Shown one piece after another: positions 50,137-61,432 of a stretch of DNA of 64,000 nucleotides. This DNA is from Kondoa subrosea (taxonomy: Eukaryota). How positions within the stretch are numbered: position 1 is the stretch's first letter; every line of letters begins with the position of its first letter. The notes under the pieces were generated by a model. The model did no database searches. It was given only the letters and a program-made list of their open reading frames with translations, and was not told where the DNA came from. A program made the translations under genes and the position numbers. The stretch is taken from positions 62,001 through 126,000 of the forward strand of contig BCIN01000007.1 in NCBI GenBank assembly GCA_039545335.1, in the 5' to 3' direction.

Positions 50137-52524
50137 ATGACTGGTGCTCTGAATCAAACACATGCTGTGTTACCTGCTCCTCATGCTTCTGTATCAAATC
50201 TGCTATCTCCTGCGCTCATTACAATAGTTGGTATTGCTTGCGCTGGTCTCTACTTCTTAATCAGCTCGAGTGGTCGCGATGGCAAACCTTTACCGCCTTC
50301 ACCTCGAGCTCTTCCTATCATTGGTCACACACATCTGCTCTCAGGCGTGAAATACACTTGGAAGACGTTACACGAAATTTCCCAATCGCTGGGCGTTCCG
50401 CCAATCATGTACTTGAAGCTGGGTACAAGCGATGTGATCGTTGTCAATACTGCTCAGGCACAGACGGATCTCTTAGAAAAGAAGGTATAACTGGGTCCCA
50501 CTATGCTGACAGTCGTCTGATGAGTTCATCGTAGGGTGGTATATATAGCGATCGTCCTCGAATGGTCGTACCTACAGAGCTCATATCGAACAAGTCAGTT
50601 TTTTTTGCGCAAGAGCGGAACTGTATAGCTGAAATCTGAACATTTAGTCGACGCACTGTACTTATGTACTATGGCGAGAAATGGAGTACGTCCAGATTTT
50701 CTCCAGATCAAGTCTCAGATTCGCTCATGTCTACACTTTTTGACTGTCTTAGGGAAAATGCGGAAGTTCCTGCAGTCAGTATACAATGTTATCTTGGTCC
50801 TGTTAACTGAGCTTAATATACAGCTCTGTTCTGTTCGACAAAGCCGCTGCCCAATACGAACCAGTCCAAGAAAGAGAGGCCAAAGCTTACATGTTGAACC
50901 TTTTAGAAGATCCGAAGGACTTTGATGGTCATTCTCAACTGTTCTCTTCGAACATCATTCTTCAAGTAAGTGGAACTGATACTTCCTTGTAACATTTGCT
51001 GACGGCCTCTTAGACGACGTTCAATCGCAGAGCTACGTCAGTCAAGGATCAAAACATACAAGATCTTCTTTATGTAAATGTACAATTAGTGACACATCAC
51101 TTTTGCTCATATACGGCGCAGGACGTTGGCACATGGATGCTTTCCGCAAATCCGTTCGTGCAGTACCTACTCACGCACCGATGCATGCTCATTCCTATGT
51201 CTATCCAGAGGGTATCGTGCGCGGACACTCATTTACCGCTGTATTCTGCTAATTCATTAAGCAGATCCGGTGCATGACTTTCCTTTCCTTGACAAATTAC
51301 CCGACATCCTTGCTCCTTGGCGCAAGCATGGAAGACATTTGCACGATTTTGAGCTGAAGTTATACAATTCTTTGGCTTCAAAAGTCAAGGCAGAAATGGC
51401 TCGTGGTGAAAGTCCTGATGTCATAATGAGGTACTGCTTTGAAAGAGCAAAAGAGTATTCCATGGATGAAGAAGACTGTCTTTACCTGGCTGGAACCCTG
51501 TTTGAAGCTGGCTCAGACACTACAACCTCCCTTTTGATCTCTCTTTTTCTCGCTTGCGCAGCTGATCCGATGATCTGTAAAACTGCCCAAGAAGAGATAG
51601 ATCGAGTTGTTGGCAACGATAGGATGCCCAGTTTTGCGGACTATGGTCAATTGCCTTGTATGTCCGTCCCAATTTCACACTCACTTGGCTCACCTCAGAC
51701 ATAGACATTGAAGCCCTTGGCTCCGAATTACAGCGATGGAGACCAGCTGTACCATCGGCTGTTCCGCACTGCACTACCGAAGATGATGTATAGTCAGTTC
51801 TGCTATTCGTAACAAAATTATGGCTGAATCTTAACAGTCAAGGCTATTTCATACCGAAAGGTAGGATTACTCTATGAGCGTCCTCCTTATCTGATAGTTT
51901 TACCGCAGGAGCTACTGTCATAGGAAACACTTGGGCTATAGGAAGAGATCCAGCAATTTTTGCAGATGGCGACCGCTTCAGACCAGAGTGCGTTCTCAGT
52001 GCTTTGTACCATTTCTTGATATTCTGAAGTTTTTCTCATCAGTCGATATATGCCTGGGCCGGAACATGATAAAATCATGGATGCTCTGTCTCGAGGCCAT
52101 ACTGGTGAGCTGCAGTTCGCTTTCTGCCTTTGTCAAAGCTCATTGAGGCTTCAGGATTCGGGCACGGAAGACGAATTTGCGCCGGACTCCATCAGGCTCA
52201 ACGCAGCCTACATATTTCGTAAGTTCTCATTGGGTGCTGAAGCTTGCCTCGTTTGAGCTATTCGCCGCAGTCTGGCTTGTCTGTTCTGGTCTTTCGATAT
52301 TCTCCCAGTGCCCAATCAGCCCACTCCAGATCAAGACAATTTTACATCAGGTTTTGTCTCGTCAGGCGTCACTTTACTTTCAGATTCTCGTTTATGCTCA
52401 TCTTCCGTACAGACACTCGAGACCCTTCAACGTCTTGATTAGACCTCGCTCTGAAGCTAAAGCTGCCATGATCAAAAGCGAGGGTGCCGCTGCCTTAGCC
52501 GAGATGAATTCGCTTTATGGTTGA
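50137..52524 (+). CDS. Cytochrome P450, multi-exon
   Basis: N-terminal TM and PPSP, AGTLFEAGSDTT, ELQRWRP (ExxR), FRPE, heme motif FGHGRRICAG. Confidence 0.95.
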
Positions 52525-52669
52525 TTGCTTGGGTTGAAGCAGAGTTGAAGCAATGATAGTGAGCACGGTCACTTGCACGGAAGATGCGTTCCGGCTTTTG
52601 TGCATAGAATGAATGTGTACACAGTTTGCATTGTATATTCAATTATTAAAACAACTTTGGCTTCTTGCA

Positions 52670-53969
52670 TTACTTTGAGCCTTTGCCCAAGATGTATCCT
52701 TCTAGCGAAGCTGTTGTACGAGCTCCTACATTGTGATGCATGTTCTCTTCCCATTTCTTTCCACCTTCACCGTACTGTGTATGGATCATTAGCCTCAAGT
52801 ATACAAAAGGATGAAAAGGATGCCGTGACTTACTTTGTTTGACACCATACCCAAGAAGAAGTCGTGGCTAAAAAGAACCAAATCAGTCAACGTCGTCATC
52901 GTATAACAAGACCTTACTTCTTAGTGGCATCAGGGAATTCTTGCTTGAACGAATCGTAAATCTCTTGAACTTTTGGTTGAGATTGTGCATGTGTGATCTT
53001 CTCGCCGAACAAATCCAAATACTTTCTGCAGTATGCCATATCTGCTTTAGCATCGAGAGTCCATCCTTCTTCCGTATGACCAGGACTGCAACAAGAGATA
53101 TCAGTCTCAAGTAGTATTGAGTATTTGGAAGAAAGAGACTGACATGATCATCTTTGGTTCGAGAGCCTCAATCAAATCCAGAGTAGATTTCCAGGCTGAC
53201 AAGATTTCCTTCGTTTCGATTTCTTCGACCCAGCAATGCACTGATCGACCCTATTTAAAAGGCGTGAGTAAAGAGTGAAGCTGCTACTAGGGAGAAGGAA
53301 GATCATCAACGTACATACATGGCATCTCCGGTAATGAGAATCTTCTCGACAGGTAGCCAGAAGAGAGTATGATCGATCGAATCTCCTTGAACTGGTCCGA
53401 GGAGCAAGATGGGTGAAGAAGCGTTATCGGCAAGCGTAATGAATGAGTAAGGATAGACATCGGCTGTGACAGATCGACTTTTAGTTTAGGTGAAGAAGAG
53501 AGAAACAGCTATAAACTAACGTTTCCGAGGTGTTTTAGGTACTTTGTCACCATACAAAGTAGGCCAGAAGACGATCTTCTCATCGTATTCTCGATCAATA
53601 CCATCCCTTACATACTTGGCAGCATAGAACAGCGCATTAGGGAAAGCTTCAAGAATAGGGTTGGCGGAGAAGTAATGATCTTTTTGATCCTCATGAGCCT
53701 CGCCCTCCGTGACTGTGGTAATGATGCATACCTGGATGATGATGCGTGACAAAGACAGCAGTCAAAGTCTTTGTATCCAAGATCTTCTTTGCCCAACCAA
53801 TGACTCGCTCAGCATCAGGAATCAAGAAAGGAGGATCAATAAGGATCGCTTCCTTCTTGCCGACTAAGAGCGAAGTGTTTGATTGTAAACCTTCGACACT
53901 TGATGAGATGTAGTGAGCTTGAATGGATTCATTTGAGGTCTTTAAGTTTGGCTGAATTTCGTGCGACAT
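52670..53969 (-). CDS. Metallo-beta-lactamase-fold hydrolase
   Basis: AILIDPPF, VFVTHHHPDHYF (HxHxDH across an intron), QGDSIDH, ITGDA, VHCW, LIALEP. Confidence 0.88.
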
Positions 53970-54162
53970 GACTGACAGACTGTGTACTTGGTTGCTGACC
54001 AAGAAGAGGAAGGACTAAGATGGAGCGGCAAGAGGGGCTCCGGAGAAACAGGTTTGCCAATACTTTAAAGTCGCTTTCGGCTATTCTTCGCTCTTCCTGT
54101 CCACTTTGCTCGACTGCACCCTTCTGCACCTGCCTCTGTCTCTGTACAATTGATCTTGCGAT

Positions 54163-55320
54163 ATGGCTGCATCTAGTATGTTGAAAGCGGGCAGGCTAGG
54201 TGAGTTGCAGAATAGCGAAATCACCAAGAAAGCAGGAATGATCTCTCATGAATCTACAGGTGGAAAGTACTGTCTAGTCACTGGTGGATCACGTGGAATT
54301 GGTTTGCAAACAGGCCGTAGGTTATTCGCTTCGAATATTATTGCTGTGTTACCAACGCGTGAATACTATACAGTGAAGTTTCTCCGCGAAGGGGCTGCCG
54401 GACTCTCTATCATTGACACGAATCAAGAAGCTCTCGACTCAGCTCGAAAGATCATGCAACCTTTTGCCGATGCTTCGGAAGCCAAGCTCACTTTCATCAA
54501 AGCTGATGTCTCCAAAGAAGCAGAAACAAAGTCATATATTGATCAAACTCTGGAAGCTTTTGATGGAAGATTGGATGTCAGCATACAAAATGCTGGAGTT
54601 TCAGCTAAAATGCAAAGATGGGATGAGACAGAATTATCAGAATACCATCGTCAGATGGATGTGAATACACAAGGTNTGCTNTATNNCTCTTTCNTNCNAN
54701 NNAAGGCTCATCNNTNGNNAGGCGTTTGGCTGGGCATCAAGTATTCCGCTCCTGCTCTACTCAAAACTCCCGCAAGACGATCTTCGAATTTACCTGAAGC
54801 TAGTTATCCGCCTACGAAAGCAATGGTCGTAATCAGCAGTGTTGCAGCTCTTTATGGACAATTTCAAGCTAGTTCTTACAATGCGAGTAAATGGGCTGCG
54901 AGAGGTCTCTCTCTGACAGCGGTAAGCTTGTCCATGTACGTCTTATGCCATATCTAATATAATACAAAGGCACACGAGTATGGGCCACAAGGAATAAGAT
55001 GCAACAGCGTTCATCCCGGACGTGAGTTTCGTCACTTTGCTATCTATTTCGTATGTCTGACGAGAATTGCAAAAGCGGTCGACACTCCAATGTTGAAGAC
55101 ACTCTTTGTACAACCTGAAGCACTCAAAGCAGTTCTAGAACCAATCCCGTTGAAACGAATAGCACAACCTGAAGAAATTGCCAACGTAGTCTGCTTCCTA
55201 GCGTCCGATGAAGCTTCTTATGTAAATGGATCCTTGATTGCTGTGCACGGTGGACAGATTCCTCGTACGTATCGTTCGTCTCTGTAATCGAAGTTCAGCT
55301 GATCCTGCTTGCTAGTCTAA
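54163..55320 (+). CDS. Short-chain dehydrogenase/reductase
   Basis: VTGGSRGIG, NAG, ISSVA, YNASK, IRCNSVHPG, PEEIANVVCFLASDEASYVNG. Confidence 0.93.
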
Positions 55321-55517
55321 TCCCATGTTGTGAAACATGTCAACTGCTATCAACTGATCTAGCTCCTCAGCCACTGGGATACCAAGATGACAGCCACGTG
55401 TCAGATGAATTAATAGAGGAATAAAGCGAAGAATGTATAATCTGATGTATTTCAGTGCATGACCTTGATCACGTAATCAACTTGCTTGTTGTTTCCGTTC
55501 CGCGACCTTCACTAGAT

Positions 55518-56495
55518 ATGGCATGGAGATGCTCTGGAGCTACTAATTTAGAAGTAAGAGCATCATCGCAGCCCTTGGCCCGCCTGTTCACCACTTTGCT
55601 GTCCAGCTCATCGACAACTTATGCAATGCCAGAATTATTACTTCGGAGCGGGTCGCCAATGCCATGAAGGTGCGTCATTACGCAGGTCCAGACAGAGCTG
55701 ACATGCTGCGCAATCGAAACAGCATGTAGACAGAGCAAACTATTGCAAGAGGAAGAATGAAGCATACACAGACGCACCTCAATCTATTGGCTATGCTGCT
55801 ACTATCAGCGCTCCCCAGTGCGACGAGTCATTCTTTGCAAGGTCCAGGCTAATAGCGTTGCAGCATGCAGTCAGCCCGTTCTCAACTGCAGCATCTGGGA
55901 CTGACAAATAATGTCATAGCGCTCACGCATGTGAGAACCTTCTGCCTTTTCTCAAACCAGACAGTGCAGTACTAGATGTTGGTTCTGGTTCTGGCTACCT
56001 GCTAGGCATCTTTCATCAGCTTGTTTCTCCGAAAGGTCGCATAGTCGGAATCGATCATATCCCAGAGTTGACCGCAATGTCGTTGGACAATCTGAAAGAA
56101 GATGGGCTTGGTTCTCAATTAGAAGAAGGGGAGATCAAAGTCGTTACCGGTGATGGAAGAAAAGGTTGGCCTGAAGGAGCACCCTATGCGGCTATACATG
56201 TCGGCGCTGCCAGTCCCACTATGCCTCAATCCTTGCTTGATCAACTTGCTTCACCNGGAAGAATGTTCATAGTCGGTCGTTCGAAGTTCTTGGCTTAGAG
56301 TTTGCTGACTAGAAGGTCTTTACAGCCTGTAGGAACTTCAGATCAAAGTATCTTTCAGGTAGACAAGAACGCGAGCGGCGAAATCACGCAGACACGCTTG
56401 TTTGGTGTGCGCTATGTGCCTTTATGTGATCGTCAAACGTTTCGTACGTTTCATTGCTGCAATCAGAGTNCCACTGATCCTGCTTTCCAGACTGA
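55518..56495 (+). CDS. PCMT1: Protein-L-isoaspartate O-methyltransferase
   Basis: MAWRCSGATN, PQSIGYAATISAPHMHAHA, LDVGSGSGYL, GDGRKG..APYAAIHVGAA, GVRYVPL. Confidence 0.95.
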
Positions 56496-56902
56496 TTCAA
56501 TGACTTTCGCATTAGCCAACTGCTTTNAACTAATGTTGGCTCTTCCAGCTCTTCCAATGGCCAGATCAATGCCAGTTGTCGAATGTAACAGTATTCTTGC
56601 CTTACTTTCGATCTATATCCCCCTTCCCATATATTGTGGCTCTCTTTCTGTTGTCTGAAAGCTCGATTTAACGTCTTGCGTTTTGTAGTTATCCCTACTC
56701 CTGCGAGACTAACATGCTTAGCCTTTGCGCCGTTCGCGCTCACAATTTCGCTCTGCAACTTCGTGCTCATTGTCTATAGGCCAATCAGACACTTTGCCAG
56801 CTAAGCTTGACGCGACAGTAAGGAAGACTTAGACCAAACAGGCTGTCAAAATTGAGACGTAATGCATTGAAGGCTACGGTGCTCGCTCTCATACCAGAAC
56901 CT

Positions 56903-59211
56903 TTACTGCGCCTCACTAACATCACTAGCAACAGATCCCGCTCGTTTGCCTCTTCCACCACCTTTCTTAGCCCTAGTAGCTTTCTTCACAGTGCTAGGTG
57001 GAGGGCTGATCGGTTCTCTTGAAACCTCCCTACTGGCAGCTGAAATTCGTTTTGATCTTCTTACAGGCACAGCCTGGGTACCAGGTGTGGGTGGCTCAGG
57101 AGCTGATGCTCTTACATTTCTAGGTTTTCGGCTACTGGTCGATACTCTAGAAACAGGCGAGGAATTCTTGACTTGTCTCATTTCAGGTACATCATCTTCC
57201 TCTTCTGCTTCAGTAGCTGATTCTTGGGGTCTGCTAACAGCTTCAGCTTTAGAGCGAGCAGGAACTTCGTCTTCTTGATCCGAGGTAGAACCAAAAGCGC
57301 CAGGCAAGACTTTCCGTTTTGGTGTTTTCTGCTTCTCCTCCTCCGTTCGCTCTTGCTGTACTGGTTGTTCTTGTTCAGGTTGATCTTCATCCATCTTTTC
57401 TCCATCTTCTGTATCTGATTTACTTTGTTCTCTTTCTACAGCTCTCTTCTTTTCCCTTCCTGCTTTTTCTTTCGGTTCTGGTACACTACGTTTCCCTTGC
57501 TTTTCACTAACGACAGGCGAAACTTGTCTTGATCTGTTTTCAGGTTGTTGTTGAGGTGAATAGAGCGCTCGAGGGGATTGTTGACCTTCTCTTTGTAATC
57601 TGAGTTGAGCAGGTAAACTCTTCAATTGAGCAGGAGCATTATACTTTGGTTGATTAGAAGAAGAAGAAGGAGGAGCAGGTGATTTAGAAACAATCTTTTC
57701 TTCTTCTTGAACTCGAGTAAAAGGTGATCCACTTGTTATTATTGAATAGGAAGTAGAAGGTCTTGGTGAAGCTTTAGGTGAATTCGTGTTTGATGAGAAA
57801 GAAGGTTTCCGTAAAGGTGAATTGAGACGTAGCGCTTCTATCACATTCTTCATTCCTCCTGTTGAACTTGCGGAACGGAAAGCAGGTGAAGCCGATAATG
57901 GGATATTCTGGGCAGAGATTTTATCCCTTGAGGAGGAAGACGAAGGTGGTGCCCAAGGTAATTGAGCTACTGTTGAATCTACTTCCATTGCTACATCTCC
58001 ATTTGGTTGCGGTTGTTGTTCCTCAGTTTTCGAGATCGAAGAGTCTAATTCAGACATGACGCTTAATAAACCTTTCTTTAGTAAAGCCCGTTTGCGAGCC
58101 GCTTCATTGTCTGAGGCTTTCAAAGCAGGACAATCAACTATTCGAGTTGCTTCAACATATCGACCTTGAGCTATCAGGCGAGTGAGGATCCAATCGGCGA
58201 GGAGATCGCGATTCGCAGGTTTGAGGGAGGAAGGTGGATTGGTAGCATAAGCGAGAGCTATCGAATCTTCTATAGCGTCAAAGGGAACATTGAGGAGCGC
58301 TTTCATCGATGGTTTGATGACTAGACCGGATTCGTTTGCTGATTGGCAAAGTGTCAGTCTTGATCCAAGCCAACACAAATGTATTCACCTCCTAGTGCAG
58401 TCGAAAAGACTGCGCGCACTAATTCTGCATGCTGGGAATCCATAGATCTAGCCCAACGAAGCGCTTCTGCTGGATCACCACTCTTGACGAAAGCTTCAAC
58501 CACGCTTCGAATTGCTTCAGGTGTTTCAATGCTAACTCGAGCTTGGCGTACGAAAGTGATCAGGTATTTCGGTGAAGCAGAGAGAAGATGTAGAATAGAG
58601 GGGAGAAACTGCGAGTACGGATCAAACGAGAGCTGCGTAACTTGAACTGAAAATCGCGTACATCTGGTACCACTCCTGGAAAAGCCAATGATCTTACACC
58701 AGCCTGTTTCAGAGATTCTATCATCTATCAATGGGCGAGAACAAGTATTGCTTACACCTATCCGATCGTGATCAAGCTGCCAGTAGCCCTCGGTCGACTT
58801 GAGGAAACTCTGAGGTATACAATGTTCTTCAGCGAAATCCATTGCAGCTTGTTTCGATTGATCCAAATGCAAGTAGTACCTGGGCTAGACATGAAAATGT
58901 GCAAGAGAAGCTTGCGAGGATGAGCTTTACTGTATACATTGTTTCTCAAGTGTCGCGAAGACTGTAGATTCCTGGACCATTCTGAGCAGACTTGAGGCTT
59001 GCATATCGGTTTGCGGTGGATAGAGCCACGATTCTATGCACTCTCTGTCAGCCTTGCAGTCTATGGTCTTGAGTAATATTATTCTCTCCCACTTACCATC
59101 GTTTTGGATGCCAGCCAATTCTAGCAAATGGTCTATCAGCAGTCTACCATCCAGGCATCGTGTTCTCGCAATGTGCTGTGCTTGTTCGGATGCAACTGCT
59201 TCGACTTCCAT
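56903..59211 (-). CDS. ELYS-like nuclear pore assembly protein with disordered C-terminus
   Basis: LLIDHLL, LYPP, YYLHLD, FAEEHCIP..GYWQLDH, EALRWAR (ELYS-domain pattern); long S/P/E/K-rich tail. Confidence 0.75.
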
Positions 59212-59610
59212 CGTTGTGACAGGAAGACCAGATTCATTTGGTCTGCAAGCTTACCTACCTCGGCCTAGCTATAAGAGCTACAATAAGGGATCATCACGGA
59301 AGCTCTAGAATATGCAGCATTGGGATGATTAGACAACTGGACTTCAATTGGTGTCGGCATGTATTGGTAACGAAATCGCATGATTCTTAAGAGTCAAGAC
59401 CTGGACTTCCTGGTCAACAGGCCGCTACAGGATCGTAGAGGCTACCTGTTGGTTCTATATAACTTGTTGTGCTTTCGTTTGCTTCGCTGTTCCTTTGTTC
59501 TCGCATTCATCGAACCTATTCAACGACATCAAAGGCTTTCCTCCTAACTACGATACCTCTGCCTTCACAAGAAAAGCTAGGCGGCTTGAAGACTCCTCTT
59601 CGTAGCTCCG

Positions 59611-61152
59611 ATGTCTCTACCTTTGCCTGAACTGATCCTAGAACATCAGCACTATACAAGAGCAACAGTTCCCGCCCATCTTTTCCACGAGAAGATCAGT
59701 CCTTATCCACAGGTCGACTTTGGAGGCATCTCTCACTGCCTCTTCGTCTCCATCAGCGCTTTACTCAATACCGTTACCCGCGATCTGATCGAAATCCCTC
59801 AACTTCGTGAGGTCTTGCGCAAAATCAAAATGAATCATAGACCAGAAGTTCTTGCAACTCTTCAAGATATCGACCGTATTGCTCTAGCTTACGATTCTGT
59901 AGTTCTCGAGTACCGTTCAAGACCAAAAGATGTCTTGGCTGACGTTTACGCTCAAGTTTTAGAAGTTGCAAAAACTCAATTGTCTAATGCTGGAATCGAT
60001 GCTTTCAAACATTTTGTTATTGGTATTTCAAGATGGGATGGGAAAGATGGTCATGCTTCTATCTTACGAGCTTGTCGTTGCAAAAACCCTTGCTTGAATC
60101 GTTGTTTGCATCGCCTCGTTCATGGTCGATGCGCTGCTGACTGCAAGCATAAGCCAACACATTTTGTTGAATATCAATATCATACAAAAGGCGAAATCAG
60201 AGATGTCGGAGCGGAAAATTTCGTAGGTGATGAAGAAGGTCGAAGGAAATATATTTCGCTCTGGTGGTTCAAGAATCCTGTTTTGGCCATCAGTAAAGTT
60301 AGAAAGCTAAAGCAGAGGACTCAGGATATGCGAAGGTAGCTGTAGCAACTTTCCTGATTAACGATTACTGAAGGGTTTGACAGATTAACCATTTGTATCG
60401 CTCACCTTCTATCCAGTACTCAATACAAGATTATAGCTATCCCCGAAATCAAGCATTGGCATCGCAAGCAATGTAATACGCCCACCAATGTGGAAGAAGA
60501 TCTTTCGCAACTCAAAGCAAAACTTCAAGATTGCTTTGCCTATCATTCGCTTACGATTTTCTTTGAAACCAAAAGTGAAGCGTGGACTATACATACAAAG
60601 TCTGGTGTGAAGAAAGAAAGCGACTCTTTCCGAGCTGTTGCTCAGGCGATCAAATCGAGATTCAGTTTTACGAAGCCAGATCAATACATCGTATGCGTGT
60701 TCAAAGCTGATCATGATCGACATGCTTCTTTGGTTACTTTTGAGAACGATTCATGCAAATTTTGGTACTGCGGTAGGTTTCCACTTTTGACCTCTTCACA
60801 GACTCATTTCTTTATCTTAGATCAGTCGAATGGACCCCTTCATCTTGATAACGACTACGTTCGCACACATCTCAAAGACACTTTCTATCTCTTCTGCTTA
60901 ACACCAAATGCACATCAATCAGCTCCGTCCAAAGTTGCAAGCATTTATCGTTCCATGAAGCACAAAGAAGCTTCTCTTTCGGCTTTAGAAGCAGATATTC
61001 AAGACGTGATAGAACATTCACATGGTAAACCCAAGTCTGAACATTGGCAGTCTACTTTCGGAAAGGATCATTCGGCGAAAGCTTTGCGCATTCCCGCCAA
61101 CCCGAGTCGCTCTTCTACAACTTCCCATGCTGTACGGAGAGTGAACAAGTAG
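59611..61152 (+). CDS. Orphan protein with two tandem homologous domains, probably one gene joined by a 48-nt intron
   Basis: ORFs 59611-60339 and 60490-61152 are in the same frame. A candidate intron at 60336-60383 removes the stops. Internal repeat similarity is visible. Confidence 0.5.
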
Positions 61153-61432
61153 GTCCAGAGTCGAGTCGGCCTGGACAGACTACTCGACTTCTGCTCTTAC
61201 AAGTTTTCGTATGTCCAGTCCGACTGATTTACATCACCATAAAATAGTGCAGTAGATCTGGCCTTGCTATAGACATAATCTTGCTGTCTTGGCATAATTT
61301 GAACTTTCATGCAATTCTTTCATTTCGCGACATCCATTCATCACTTTTTTATTGACGCTGGCCTTGCTATACCACAGACTGTTGAGAGTAGCACCACTTA
61401 GATTGTTCTCTACACCTGCTCTAATAGCCAGA

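Noticed and set aside
56384..56770. 128-aa minus ORF overlapping the PIMT 3' end
   Set aside because: No recognisable domain; could not be joined confidently to the ELYS-like gene.
61258..61371. 14-nt direct repeat CTGGCCTTGCTATA, 100 nt apart
   Set aside because: No element structure between the copies; significance unclear.
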